Shown here: piece after piece, positions 26,652 through 39,491 of the stretch
How the letters are laid out: each line of letters starts with the position of its first letter
Numbering within the stretch: position 1 is the first letter of the stretch
Origin: Kudoa neothunni
Taxonomy: Eukaryota; Animalia; Cnidaria
Direction: 5' to 3'
NCBI GenBank assembly: GCA_964304625.1
Contig: OZ199838.1
Span: 3,560,440-3,624,439, forward strand
Length of the DNA: 64,000 nt
Made by a program: the position numbers and the translations under genes
Notes under the pieces: generated by a model
What the model saw: the letters and a program-made list of their open reading frames with translations, nothing else
Told to the model about the DNA's origin: nothing
Database searches by the model: none

Positions 26652-28182
26652 ATTTTGGATTTGTCTCTTTATCAGCATAGTTTCTGTTGATTATTATATA
26701 GTTTTTATTTGCGCGCCTAATTACTAAGTTTTTTTACTAATTCTATCCTTTTCAATTTAAAATATCTAAAGTTTGCGAAACATAGAGAACTTGTATTAAT
26801 TTGTCGTTGCAATCTAATTATTTGTAAATTTTGATAATTCCACGAATGAATTAGTAAGATACTCGTTAGGGTGGGACGTAATTTATTTTAATCTGTATTC
26901 TAGCGAGATTTCACATATAAATCAGCTTCAGTTCTAGATGAATATTCCCCGTTTAAATATTTTTGGAAGTATGTCATATTTACATAATTTAAATTATAAT
27001 TTTAAAAATTAATATTATTGACTTAATGTAATTTTTACTTAATCCTCACACATGATTAATTATTGAACCTTAAACGTTGGCCCTTATATTTATTGCATCA
27101 AATTTGCAATTTACCATGTTATTATTGGAAAAATGAAACTTGTGTGTCCTTTAGCCTAGCATTTCCAAATTGAAATTGGGCTCGCATCACCATTTGATGA
27201 CAAAACGAAATCCGCATCCCCTTGCATACAATAAGGTGTAGGTGACTCAAAATTTTCCAAAAATTAATTTCTATTATAGTTGAATCTCGCACCCCATAAG
27301 CTCATAGTTCCCACTTCCTGTAGGACACCATTTCGGGACCATATGGGGTGGGCTATTTCGTGACATGGTTTTCAAAATATCGATTATCAGATTTAAATAC
27401 TCTCAGAAGGTTCCGAAAATGCGTCAGAATTTTGTAGTTGAAATAAGGTATTATATTTGTATTTATTTCTAATAATCATTAGGTTTAATTTATAATTTAT
27501 TTTTTAACCTCTCTTAAAAACCGTTGAAATGCAATTTAATATTAATTATTGATTGAAAAAAAATATTAATGCTATGGCAAAATTATTGTAATCCTCTCGA
27601 TCCCAGCAGGTACTTAAATATACATAATAAAAATCCGAATTACCTGGTGGATGTTTCAAAAATTCCACCCCAATAGTTTTAAATATTTTAAATTATTTGC
27701 GGTACAGTCTGAAATCGATTAAACTTGCTTATTTTTTTAATATTATAATTTAATGAAAATAAACCAACAATCAAAATTAAAAATATATTCTTTTGCGCAT
27801 GCGTAATAAATTTTTCAATTATTTTGCTTGCTTTCTGAGATAGATATAACCATATTAATGCTCATATTTTACAAGTATAGTTTGGAAAATACTAAAAGTT
27901 TAAAATTTAAAATATTTTTCCAACTAGGTGTTTAATAATAATATTAATATATTCCTCATATCAGTCATTTAGGGGGAAAATATCATAGTATTTATTTAAA
28001 CTTTTTAATCTTATTAAACATTCTTTAGTTATTTTTAAATTTATAGATTTAATATAAGATCAAAGATGCAAAAAATAATGCGAATTATGTCTCTGATCTC
28101 CCGACCTATTTTTTCCTTCAAATTCCCCAAAAATTTTCCCTGTTAAAAAATTTGTGAATAATAAAAATTTAATTAGAAAATC

Positions 28183-28213
<31 letters not shown>
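28183..28213. repeat. (TA)n microsatellite; similar tracts near 8563, 43285 and 53427
   Basis: Visible directly in the sequence. Confidence 0.85.
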
Positions 28214-28214
<1 letters not shown>

Positions 28215-28507
28215 CTTTTCAAATATGGCATATTTTACGAAAGAAACAAAATTTAATATACAACCGTTGCTTGTCGCATTTTTATAGTCCCCAATCAAAT
28301 ATTTTTGATATTTCGCGAAACACTTTTTTAAAAAATTAAAATTTATTAATAACAAGTGAACGAACTAAAAGATTATATTTGTTAATCAAAAAAAGATTAA
28401 TCAACACACGAGAAGTAGGTGATTCTCAAATGCACCATATGCTGTTTGTGTTACGCCAGAAAACGGGAGAATACAAAGAGTACAAAACTAAAAAACATTA
28501 TAAATTA

Positions 28508-31500
28508 TTAAATTCTTTTTTCCACATATGTGATAATATCTTTTTTAGTGATTATTCCTTGTAGTTTCCTAAAACAAATAACACAGTTATTGGTTCATAA
28601 TAAATATAGAAATAATGTCTGAATAGAATACCCTTGATCGATAACGCACACAAATCGGTTCCCCAACTTACAGAAGAGCATATACACCATCTCTACAGTC
28701 GAAAATCTCGATACAACAATAGGTGACTTTAAATATTTCTATTTTAAACCAATGCTCGTAATTAATGGGTTACATGATTGACTATGTGACTAAGATTTAT
28801 CACATCATCAATAGAACTTTCTAGCGGAGAAGGTTTAGGTTTGGATTCACAGAAACACACTTTGACTGTATTCAATAGCATCGATGAAGGAACGTTGTGA
28901 TCGGAATCTAAATTTTAAAATTTCTAGGGGTTAATCATAATTACAAAAAACAACTTAATGCAGTTAGAATATCGTATCTAGTGACGTAACCATAGAGATG
29001 CCTATCCACGTAGTCACTTACCACTGGATAGCCACTATAGTTGTATTTTTTTATAATGGTTATGAGTTGGGAAACGGTGATTCCAGATACAGGAAGTACA
29101 ATAAGTTCCTAAAAATCAACTAGAAAAAAATGAGGAAAACGAAATTACATTTGAGTTGGAAGGGGTTTGATTGGGTAAATGTGTTTCAATAATGTTCATC
29201 TCATGGTAGGAGTTTCTCGAACTTGATTGTTGTAATATTTCATCGTTAATTCTAATAAAAAACAAAAATAAATTTTTCTTAAGGAAATCATATTTTAAAG
29301 GCAGAGGGAAATATCAACGAACAAACGTAACTTTCTTGTATGTCAAATTTAAAATATCAGAAATTGATTAATTAAGTTTTAAAAAAATACTATTTAGATT
29401 TCATTATCAAATATTTTTAAGTGTATTTTAACCTAGCATTTCCTATTTCAAATCAAACTTGCAATCCTCTGAATGATTACGTGAATTTCTCATTTAATAT
29501 TCAAGGTCAACAAATTTATTATTAAAAAGAGGAAACTTTATTCACCAATCAAAAATTTTCTATATTTAGTTTTATTATTAGTCATTTGACTATTTTTTTC
29601 GAAAAAATATTCCTTACTTAAAACAAATAAATATTTAAATAATTATAACATCCATAATAAATTGTGGTCTCAAATAGTTTCTAAATAATTATTTAATACA
29701 ATCTGATCATATTATATTATCTACCCAATTAAGTTTGGTTTTTTTAATAAATATAAAAATTTTTCAACTGAAGTTATTAAAAAATCAATTAGCAGTTAAG
29801 AAAATTACATCCATAATAAAATTTTCGATTATAAGATAAAAATGTTTAATGACCATTAAAAATTTTCTCTAAAATAAAGTGGTTGATTATCGCATCGCAT
29901 CCCAGTAAAAAACGTTAACCTAATTCCCAAGCACGTATAGTAAGTAAAACTGAAGCTAAGCGATTTATCGTCCCTCATAATAAAAAGATTTAAAATACTT
30001 TGGATTCATGATATCTTGAGCAGTTTCGTTGAGTGGCACAGTTTCAGCCGAAAAAAGGAACGGATATTGTTTTTGTTTGATTTGAGCATCATGTCTTAGA
30101 CAAAATTAACAATTAAACAAATTTTAACCAAAAAACTCACAAACTCTCGTGAAGCGAATGCGATATCAACTTGGCAATAATAACCACTATCATGAGTGGC
30201 ACGATAAAGGATATCTGTCCGGTCAACTCCACCATAATAATGATAAGAGCCACTAGCGAATTAAAAAAATTTATTTATAAAAAAACGCTGATATAAATTT
30301 ACCAGTCATATGGGTGGTGCCAGCCAAAAATGCAGCAGCACCAAGTACTGAGTAGGTGCCGGAAAGAATACACGACGATCCACTCGACTTACACGAAGAA
30401 AATAGAAAAAAGTTGGGATAATTTCTAAGTGATTCCAATAATTTTATCCATTTTGAATTCCAATCCTTACACTGTGGCATAGTCCACAAAGATACCAAGT
30501 ATTTTGCCGAAACAAGCACCTATTGTGAGGCTGGGTACAAGTAAACCCGATGGTACCTAAATTAACTAACTGCTAGAGAAAAATTCAATTGTTTCAAGTT
30601 CTATTACAGCCAAACCATTGGTAACTATCATCAATGAGCCTTTCAATACAAAAGTTAACGCCAATCCTATCAACATTGTTTTTGGTAGACCCTCGTTAAT
30701 GTTATAATTTAAAATATTATCACTACAGAGAAATAGTTTGCTTATAAAGTTCTTTTTGATTTATGATGGGTAAAATTACCATTCCATAGTATTAGCAAGT
30801 TGTTCTTTGTTACAGTTACTGAACAGCATATCCAACAAATGATGGCTACCTACTCTATTAATAAATAACAGGTTATATTGCTTTTAATTTTAACAGTTTT
30901 AAGTCACAGTTAACACAAAAAAATCAGTTATGAATTTTAAGAAATTAATTACCTTGTAAAATGGTTGGGGAAACAAATCAATGATGTAATCAGGGTGGTT
31001 ATCAGAACCTAAAAAATAAAAAAAGGATTTTTAGTCGAAAAATTCTACTATTCAACTGATAATTTATACTTGAATAATTTGATTCCTGAAGGGTGCAAAT
31101 CGATATTTGTATCGGTTGAATTTCAAAGTGGAATAAATAAACAAAGCACCATACAATCCCTACAATAATTTGAGCTATGACAAAGTTAATCTCATTTAGA
31201 ACTACCCCACTAACACCAATCAATATAAAGAAGGTGATTTCAAATATTTTCCATGACACCGTGTAATCGATAGAATAAAGCACAAAATTTCCGCTGAATA
31301 AAGGGTCGAGGAGTACCAATGTGATTGCTCCGATAGTTCCACATACAAAAGTTTTCCAGATTGTTCTCACATCGAAATAATAGCTAATCTATATGGGTTT
31401 CACATAAAGTGAGTTGAATATTTTGGAAGCGCTATACCTCCTCGTAACTGAACAACAATCCACCAATTGGAGCACCAAATGCTACTGCTACACCTGAAGC

Positions 31501-32353
31501 TGCGCCTGCAAAATATATCTAACCATTTATCAAATAGCCCAACCACTTCAACTATTGTAATACATCATGATGTTTTGATTCATTAAATCGATAGTTATTG
31601 TTGATTCGACAAATAATATTGGCCAAACAACAACATATGTGGACCATCGGACCTTCTTGACCAAGAACTAGACCGGAGGCAACTGTTGGGATCAGTGACA
31701 ATGTTTTGGAGATGTAGGTCACAATACCAAAATAACCTCTCATAATAAATCCACCAAGAATAGTTTTTATCTAAATGAATAATTGATTCAATGAGAAATT
31801 GAAAAAAATTCCAACACACCTCAGCAATTCCTCCACCACCGGCGTATGGTGTCACGTACACAACACAACTAGAAAACAATGTGTACAATAACGCTAGAGC
31901 TATGTAGATGATGTAGTTGATGGCAAAAACAGCCCGTTTTGAGGTGATACCAAATAAGGAGGACCATGTTTTCCATTGATCGCATAACATTTCGTATTGA
32001 TTCCCTGCATTGATACGAGTTGAGTTGCTGTTCCAACAACATTCGCTTTTGTTGAGGAACATTCCACCCATACACACTCCTTCTCTAAGGTCGGTCAAAT
32101 AATTTACTCCAATAGACACAACTTTAGCAGTTAACCCAGCCATTAATCCCAACAAAATTATAATAACCCATCCGGCCAATCGGTCGGAAATTATCTTGAT
32201 TCTTGTCCAAAAGTTCACCCAATATGTAAATTTTTTTAGATAATGATATCTCAGTCGTTCAAGTGATCGATCCACCATCCAATCGATAGATTCAAAGTTG
32301 CTATAATGTCTACCGAATTTGTCATTTTGACCTAATGAATAGTAGGGGGACAT
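28508..32353 (-). CDS. ClC-3/4/5-type H+/anion exchanger with two CBS domains, about 17 exons
   Basis: NFESIDW, LREGVC...ECCW, IKTILGGF, GQEGPMVH, AFGAPIGGLLFSYEE, VELTG, YPFL, YSGYPVV and GKLQGIITKKDII. All exons splice in frame. Confidence 0.95.
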
Positions 32354-33603
32354 TTCCACTTAAAATTCGAACCCAACCTGTTCACTATTACTGTGCAACA
32401 ATTGATCTCAAAGGAGATTTCTCAAATCTATTGGTACCGACACTAAACGACAAAAGGATTTAGGATGTTTCGAAATCAGTTTTCTTCATATTATTTCGTT
32501 GTTTTATATAATTTAAAAAGTTTGATAGTAAAGAAATAATTCCGTTTAAATTTTTCAAGATTTATTTATTTTCGTTATAATATTATTTTATAATCGCATC
32601 AATAAATACTTATAAATATTTTTGTATAGACTAAGATTTCAACTCTGATAAAAAAATACAATTGAACTGATATTTTGGAACCTTTACGTAAGCAAATTGA
32701 GATAAATAATATGTGATTTCTCTATTTAACTCGATAATATAATATCGAGTATTTCGCATTTTAATTTTTGTGTGAAAAATAGTTGAAATTAATAAATTTA
32801 CGTTATTTATTATTTAAACGAGGAATTTTAGGTGAAATCTTGATATTTCTATTATTTTAATTCGTCAGTTTTCAAGTTTACAAGTATTCAAGTTTTCAGG
32901 CTCTGGATTATGTCACAAATCATAATAATCCTTATTGTGATTTGTCCCTTCCTTGCATTATTTATTTGTGAAATCAAATTCTCCGCTGACAGATATTTGA
33001 AACAAAGAATTTTAAGAAGGAGTAATTGATAAATAAACTAATTAAACCTCAATTTTAAGTTGGTGAGGTATAACAATAAATAAATGAGCCAACAAATGTA
33101 TCTTGGTATTTTAAAATATGTATAAATGTATTTCTATTGGCCTAAAGTATGAATTTGAGGTTGGAAGCAGGACTGTGGCTGAAACATCCTGAAAATTTAA
33201 AAAAATAACATTTTTGGCCAATAATGTTTAATCCAATCTTATTTGATAAATTATTTGTAAAATACAGTGAGTTTAAAAACTAAATTAAAAAAGAAATGTC
33301 TAATGACACGGTAACTAATAATTAAATAGAGCGGATTCAACAAATTTTTTTTCTGTAAACAGTCTGTAAGCAAGAGTTGCAGAGAGAAAAAAATAATAAC
33401 GCGCATATACTATTAAGGATTAAATTTTACTTTGCCAATAGCCACTGCTTTTAGAAAATACATGTTGACAGATAATATTTCAAAATTTTTCCCTTTTTTT
33501 ATTAGTAGGGTCTATGTTCTTTGCGCGAGTTTCACGTATTTTCTCAACCTTATTTATATGGATCTCTTGAAAAGTTAGAGATTGTAGTCACCATTCATTA
33601 CAC

Positions 33604-33820
33604 CAACCTTCTAAGAAGCGAAGCTGAAAAATTTACACCATCCAAATAAAAATGGGGTAGGAATCCACCCCACTTTTTTATACAATAAAATTGTCTCAAA
33701 TAAAATTCAGCATTTGTTGACAAAATATGAGGAAAATTCATCGAGTAAGTTTTGAATAAATGACTGATTATTAAAGTTATATTCTGCATACGCCTGCGCG
33801 AACATTAAGGTTGTTACATT
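33604..33820. mobile_element. Orphan terminus of the piggyBac family found at 49090-52827
   Basis: CAACCTTCTAAG...AAAATTTACACCATCC...AAAAATGGGGTAGGAATCCACCCC aligns by eye with the reverse complement of 52770-52830, with patchy similarity continuing inward; related motif at about 34381. Confidence 0.6.
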
Positions 33821-36126
33821 TCTAAGGAGTATGATTGTATTTATGGGTGAATTTCTGCGGTTTTTTAGTTTTAACATTTAATTCAAGTTTTATAACAGCA
33901 ACCAATTAATTTATCGGATTTTAAACAAGGCAGTGTAAAACCGCACAGAAAAACACAAAACTCGTGAAAATATTGAACAATTATATCATATGATTTTTAA
34001 TGCTCTCTACAACGTAAAAATATGCAAACTGATGAAGAGCCATCGTTGTATTCTAGAGCGAACGTCTTTCTTTATCATTGATGCGCATGCGTCGTGACTT
34101 TACATGTATAGTGTTTCGTTATTTATTCATTATTTACTCTATCGAATTTCTGAAAATTTTTATAAATCACATGTATCAATATTTTAAATAATTTTAGTGT
34201 AAAATGTTTTTACATTAACTTTTTTGGTATATGGCAAAAAAAATTTTCAATTCATTTTTCTGAAAGTTTCTATAAAGATAAAAAATTATAAAAACTGGAG
34301 AGGAGTTGTGTTCCATTTATATAATATAATATAATATAATAAATATATAATATGATATGATATTGTTGTCAAAATTTACTTGGGGTAGAAATCAAACCTA
34401 TTTTATTTATATTTAGTATTTAGAAAGTTAAGATTGTTTCCGATAAAAGTTATGTTTCTATATCCGCTCAAAAATTATGACTCTATACTAGAAAGAGATA
34501 CACCATCATCATTATTTATTAGATGGCGCGTTCATGTAGTTTGTCATAGAAGAAATTTCCATAAAAATTTACTAGTTTCTTATAACACTTCAAAAATTCA
34601 TTTTTTGAGATAGACAAAAAATCTAGTCACGGTGTACTTGGGTTTGTAAATTAGTCTTTGACTTGTTTTAACAATTCCACTAAATATCCACCAATTTTTC
34701 GACGTAGAATTAATCGAATCAATTATAACAAATATAATAAATGACTATCGATTAGTTGTATTCTCTGATATTATATCAATTGGATTTAAAAAAACTTCTT
34801 GATATAAAAATTATTCAGTTAGTCATTTAAAATATTCAAAAACAGCAAAAATATAGGTCAATTTTTTCATAATCAATATTTTAAGTCGACGAAAATTTTG
34901 AATAATCGCTGGATTAAAAGATACAATAGCGAGTCCGTAATAGACAGTTTTTTCCAAATAAGACTCTATGTGATTGTTTGATGTGTATTCAATTGATTTA
35001 GCCCGTAAAATGAACTCTAATAAAGTTTCCCAGCGTAAAATTGATCCAACAGAAAATCTTATTTTGGGAGATACGCGATTTTTACAGATCAATAAAGAGC
35101 AAATTAAATGTACCCGCGCTTTTATCTATCACGTGTGTTAATATCCGTGTTTTTTATAGCTGGAACTATTTGTGGTGTTATTGTTAATAAAGTTAACAAT
35201 AAATATAACCTAATGTTTTCTTGCCTTGAAAATAGTATTATTTTCCTAAAGAAATTTTCACACTCATCTAAAAACACAAAAAAATAATAAATTTGAACCG
35301 AGAATCCTTCATTTTGTTCTAACAATAAGATTAAGATATATTCATTTTTACGTTGACTCAATGTATCTCGGTTAATTCTACAACATCGAAGTCCATTTTT
35401 CGAGTTTGGATTATTTATTCACAAACTTCATTAATATATTCAACACGTGTAATAATCTTATACCCTGACATAGTTTTATATTTAACGTTATGTTTGGTAT
35501 CCCCCTTTCAACAATAATTTAATCCTTTGTGTGTTTTTTGAACTATGATTTATTTATTTATTTAATATACTCTCTTCTCTTGAAAGTGCGAAATCATTAT
35601 CTCTATTTATAACCCTAGTCATCGAAGGTACTATCTATGATGTGGTATATACACGTATGGAATGAATATAAGAATTAAATCACTACTAAACAATAACAAC
35701 TACCACCTTATGTTTAATGATATATTCGTCTCGCATAATATTATTTTCAAAATTTTAGTCTTACCATTCACATATTGCCAAATTTTAATCGCAAAGGCTG
35801 TTAGCGCGGTAACATGTAATCCTAAACGGCATGTTCGTCTGTGCAATATTAATTTTTACTCCTAGTAACTCATACTTTCATGTTGTTTACAGATAAAATT
35901 TAGTAGAAACCACTGTATTTAATTATTTCTAGTTCACCGCTTTGCTCTTAGAATAAGAAATAATTAAATATAGTCAAAGCTAGGCTAGCGGCACCTGAAT
36001 ATTATTTACCGCGCAAATACCCACTTTTAATTTTAATAGTATTTGACAACCAAATAGATTAGTCAATTTTCAACAAACAGAATTATGATGTGCCAAGATG
36101 TATACACACGTTTCACATTGATTTAA

Positions 36127-36373
36127 CCCTTTAAGGACAACCTTGGATTTCGCGCGCCCATCTTTCTATTATTTTTAAATTTAATTTTTTTAACAAACTT
36201 GTTTTTTTATGTATTTCCTCCAGAATTTTACCTACTCCTTAAAAAAAGTATAATTTATCAAAGAATGTAATCAAATCGGTAAACGTTATGGCGAAAATAC
36301 TCAAAATGTAACCAACATAACAACAAAATAATATTAAGGTTGGCGTGTGGAACCCAAGGTTGTCCTTAAAGGG
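36127..36373. mobile_element. Young 247-bp piggyBac-type MITE
   Basis: Perfect 20-bp TIR CCCTTTAAGGACAACCTTGG/CCAAGGTTGTCCTTAAAGGG extending imperfectly to about 40 bp, with TTAA on both sides. Confidence 0.92.
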
Positions 36374-37518
36374 TTAAATGTATTCCTAATCCATAATGTT
36401 TCGCATTTCAGCATTTAATATCAACTAGCATCTTTATATCAATGTGTAAGTAATAGATCAGAGTAAAAATCTAATAATCTAGACCGCAGATTATAAGATT
36501 AATGTACATAATGTTTCGCGATGAGTTACCTTTATATTCTCAACTAATACATACAATTTTCATCCATAAATATAATACGCGAATTTCAGAATATTAATGA
36601 TAATAATAAGGAAGCTTCTATTAGCAAACAAAAAATAATGAATTAATATAATTCGAATAGATCTTCATATTTTAGATTTCTCGTAACATAGTGACGATCC
36701 AAAACAAATAACCAACAAAATAATAAAGAATCAACTGTATCTAAAAACATTAGGATGGAATTGGATAACTAAAAGAAATCACATCTAATATTAAATTATC
36801 ACAGGTCAACGGCAGTAGTCTCCTTAAAATATTTTAAGATAGAATTAAACCACGTGTTAGTATCCCAACCCTTCTCGGTGTAATTATTGTGATAAAAGCA
36901 ACCGAAGAAATGTGTAATATATAGAATTTAAATAACAAGAAACTACACACTACAATAAAATCTGCAATTCATCCTTCCCTCAAATAAAAAACAAACATAA
37001 CAACTATAATAATCAGGTGATACCGATATCATATTAGAGAGTAGATTGATGTATTTTAATGCTCCAATCATGATAATATCTGATTACATGAACATTCGAA
37101 ATTCACTTACATGATCTAAGGTGAATCACGCTTTTGAAAATTCTATTTGGCAAGGCAAATGCATTATTATTTTTTTTTACCGAATAAAATAACGTTAAAA
37201 ATAAATCTGTTAATCTCAAATTAAACAATACACTCAATTCAAGTTAAAATCAGAGGCCTACAACAATCCTGGTAGCGACATTTCTCACCTAGGCCCAGTC
37301 TACCTTTTGACGCGCAAGCGTTTTTCCATCAACGAGGGGGTAACCCCCTATTTTCAAGATTTGATTTAGATGAAAAAATCAACACAACATAGATTATATT
37401 CGAAAGATAATTTGCTTGAGTCTTATTTGTCTAGCCGGGTTGTAGATATAGTGTAAACTACGATGTTTCGCCTTCGTTAAACTTCGGCAAGTGTAGCGAA
37501 AATTTGAGGACACAGACG

Positions 37519-39282
37519 ATGGAACCATCGGTGTTGATCTCCAAGCTTAACTATCCATATATCAGGGACATAGCGGAATATGAGAAACTGACCAAGGTTG
37601 GTCAAGGAACTTTTGGGTAATTTAGATAATGATGGCGATTCGAACGTTTATTCGGTCGTCATTGTTACCTCTCACTCTCTGGACTGAACTTATATTATGT
37701 TTATAGAGAGGTTTTTAAAGCCAGAAATAGAAAAACCAGTAAACTGTGCGCTTTAAAAAAGTTTATAATGGACAAAGAAACTCTCGGTGTACGTTGTTAG
37801 CACGTTATCATTTGTTATTAGTTGTGACCTGCTACACACATTATCAGTAGTTGTTCCATTCATATATGATTAATCGTTGTAATTAATATGTGCCATTATT
37901 AATTTCGGTGCAACTGAAGAGTTATTTAAGATTTATTTAAGATGATGGCGAGTTTGTAATGTTAAAATTAGGCGCAAACAACTTTAATATTCATTATTGT
38001 TTGTTTTTCCCCTAGATTGTCTTAATAAATCTTTGATGGTTTCTCATACCATTTATGTAGTTGCCTATCACAAGTTTGCGTGAAATAAAAATTTTGCAAA
38101 TTATTCGTCACGAGAACCTTTTAAATCTCAAAGAGATTTGTTTCGAGAAAGGTATTTACTGTTGTTATTTGTTTAGTGTAGTACAATTGCGTTGATTATC
38201 GCTAAAATTATTGAACTACTTTTTCGACTATTCAAACAAAATTAAGGTTCAGACGAGAATTCCTACAAGACCTCATTGTATCTTGTTCTGGACTTTTGTG
38301 AGCACGATTTGGCGGGATTACTGTCAAATTATAAAGTGATTTTCAGTTTGGGTGAGATTAAAAAAATTGCGCATATGATTTTCAATGGGCTCTATTACCT
38401 ACACTACAACAATATCATGCATCGTGATATGAAATCATCAAATATACTCGTTACGAGAGATGGTGTGGTGAAACTGGCCGATTTTGGACTTGCGAGATTC
38501 ATCAAACCGGCTGGGGTCGAACCACAACCAGACCCTAAGTTCAGCAATCGAGTCGTCACGTTATGGTATCGTGCGCCTGAACTTCTTCTTGGGTCGATCA
38601 AATATGACAGCTCAATCGATATATGGGCTGCTGGTTGTATTATTGCCGAATTGTTCACTCGTGTGGCTATATTACAAGTATTGGTTTGTTTCGATAGGTG
38701 GTTGGTAGTTGACCTGTTTGTTTCTAGGGTGCCAATGAGATTGCACAGCTACAACTTATTCAAGTTTTGTGTGGCTCTATTAAACTTTCTGAGTGGCCTG
38801 GAGCTGCCCAACTCCCTTTGTACAATTCATTAGAGCTAACACAAGGCGTTAGAAGATGTGTTGTAGAACGTCTTTCTCAATTCATCAAATTCAATTGTGC
38901 TCTGGATCTCATTGATAAATTGCTGGTTTATAATCCCGAGAAAAGATTGGATGCTGATAGTGCGCTAAATCACGATTTTTTCTGGTAACACTATACCACC
39001 TTTGAAAGTGTTATTTAGTTGTTGTAAAATAACATAAGATAAAGATAATAAGGCTGTGTGAACATTTATTTAATAATTTCTTTTAGGTCTGACCCAATGC
39101 CAACCAGTTTGAAGGAGTTGATGTCAACACTGACTGTTTCTAATTATGACATGTTCAACTCGCGGAATGACAAACGAAAACCTATTATCACTATTCCACC
39201 TGGGTTCATTAGTCGATTCACTCCGTCTATGAATCGTCAGGATCGCCACCATCGCAAAAATAATTATCATCCTTATTGTTGA
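37519..39282 (+). CDS. CDK9: Cyclin-dependent kinase 9, 6 exons
   Basis: YEKLTKVGQGTFG|EVFKA, PITSLRE, FCEHDLAGLLSN, HRDMKSSN, KLADFGLAR, NRVVTLWYR and ALNHDFFW|SDPMP. All exons in frame. Confidence 0.92.
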
Positions 39283-39491
39283 TTGTTGACCCTGATGGAA
39301 TGAAACCAAAGTCTGTAAAGATTCAATATTTAGGATCATTTGATTTTTTGTATCTAAACTGTATACTACTCTCACTTGTTTTATATTACTTTTTACTTGT
39401 GTAATTTTATTCTCTCATTTGTTGGGATGATTCTATATTAATTTCTCGATATATTGATTGATTTAACGATTATGCGAATTTTTGTTATCAA

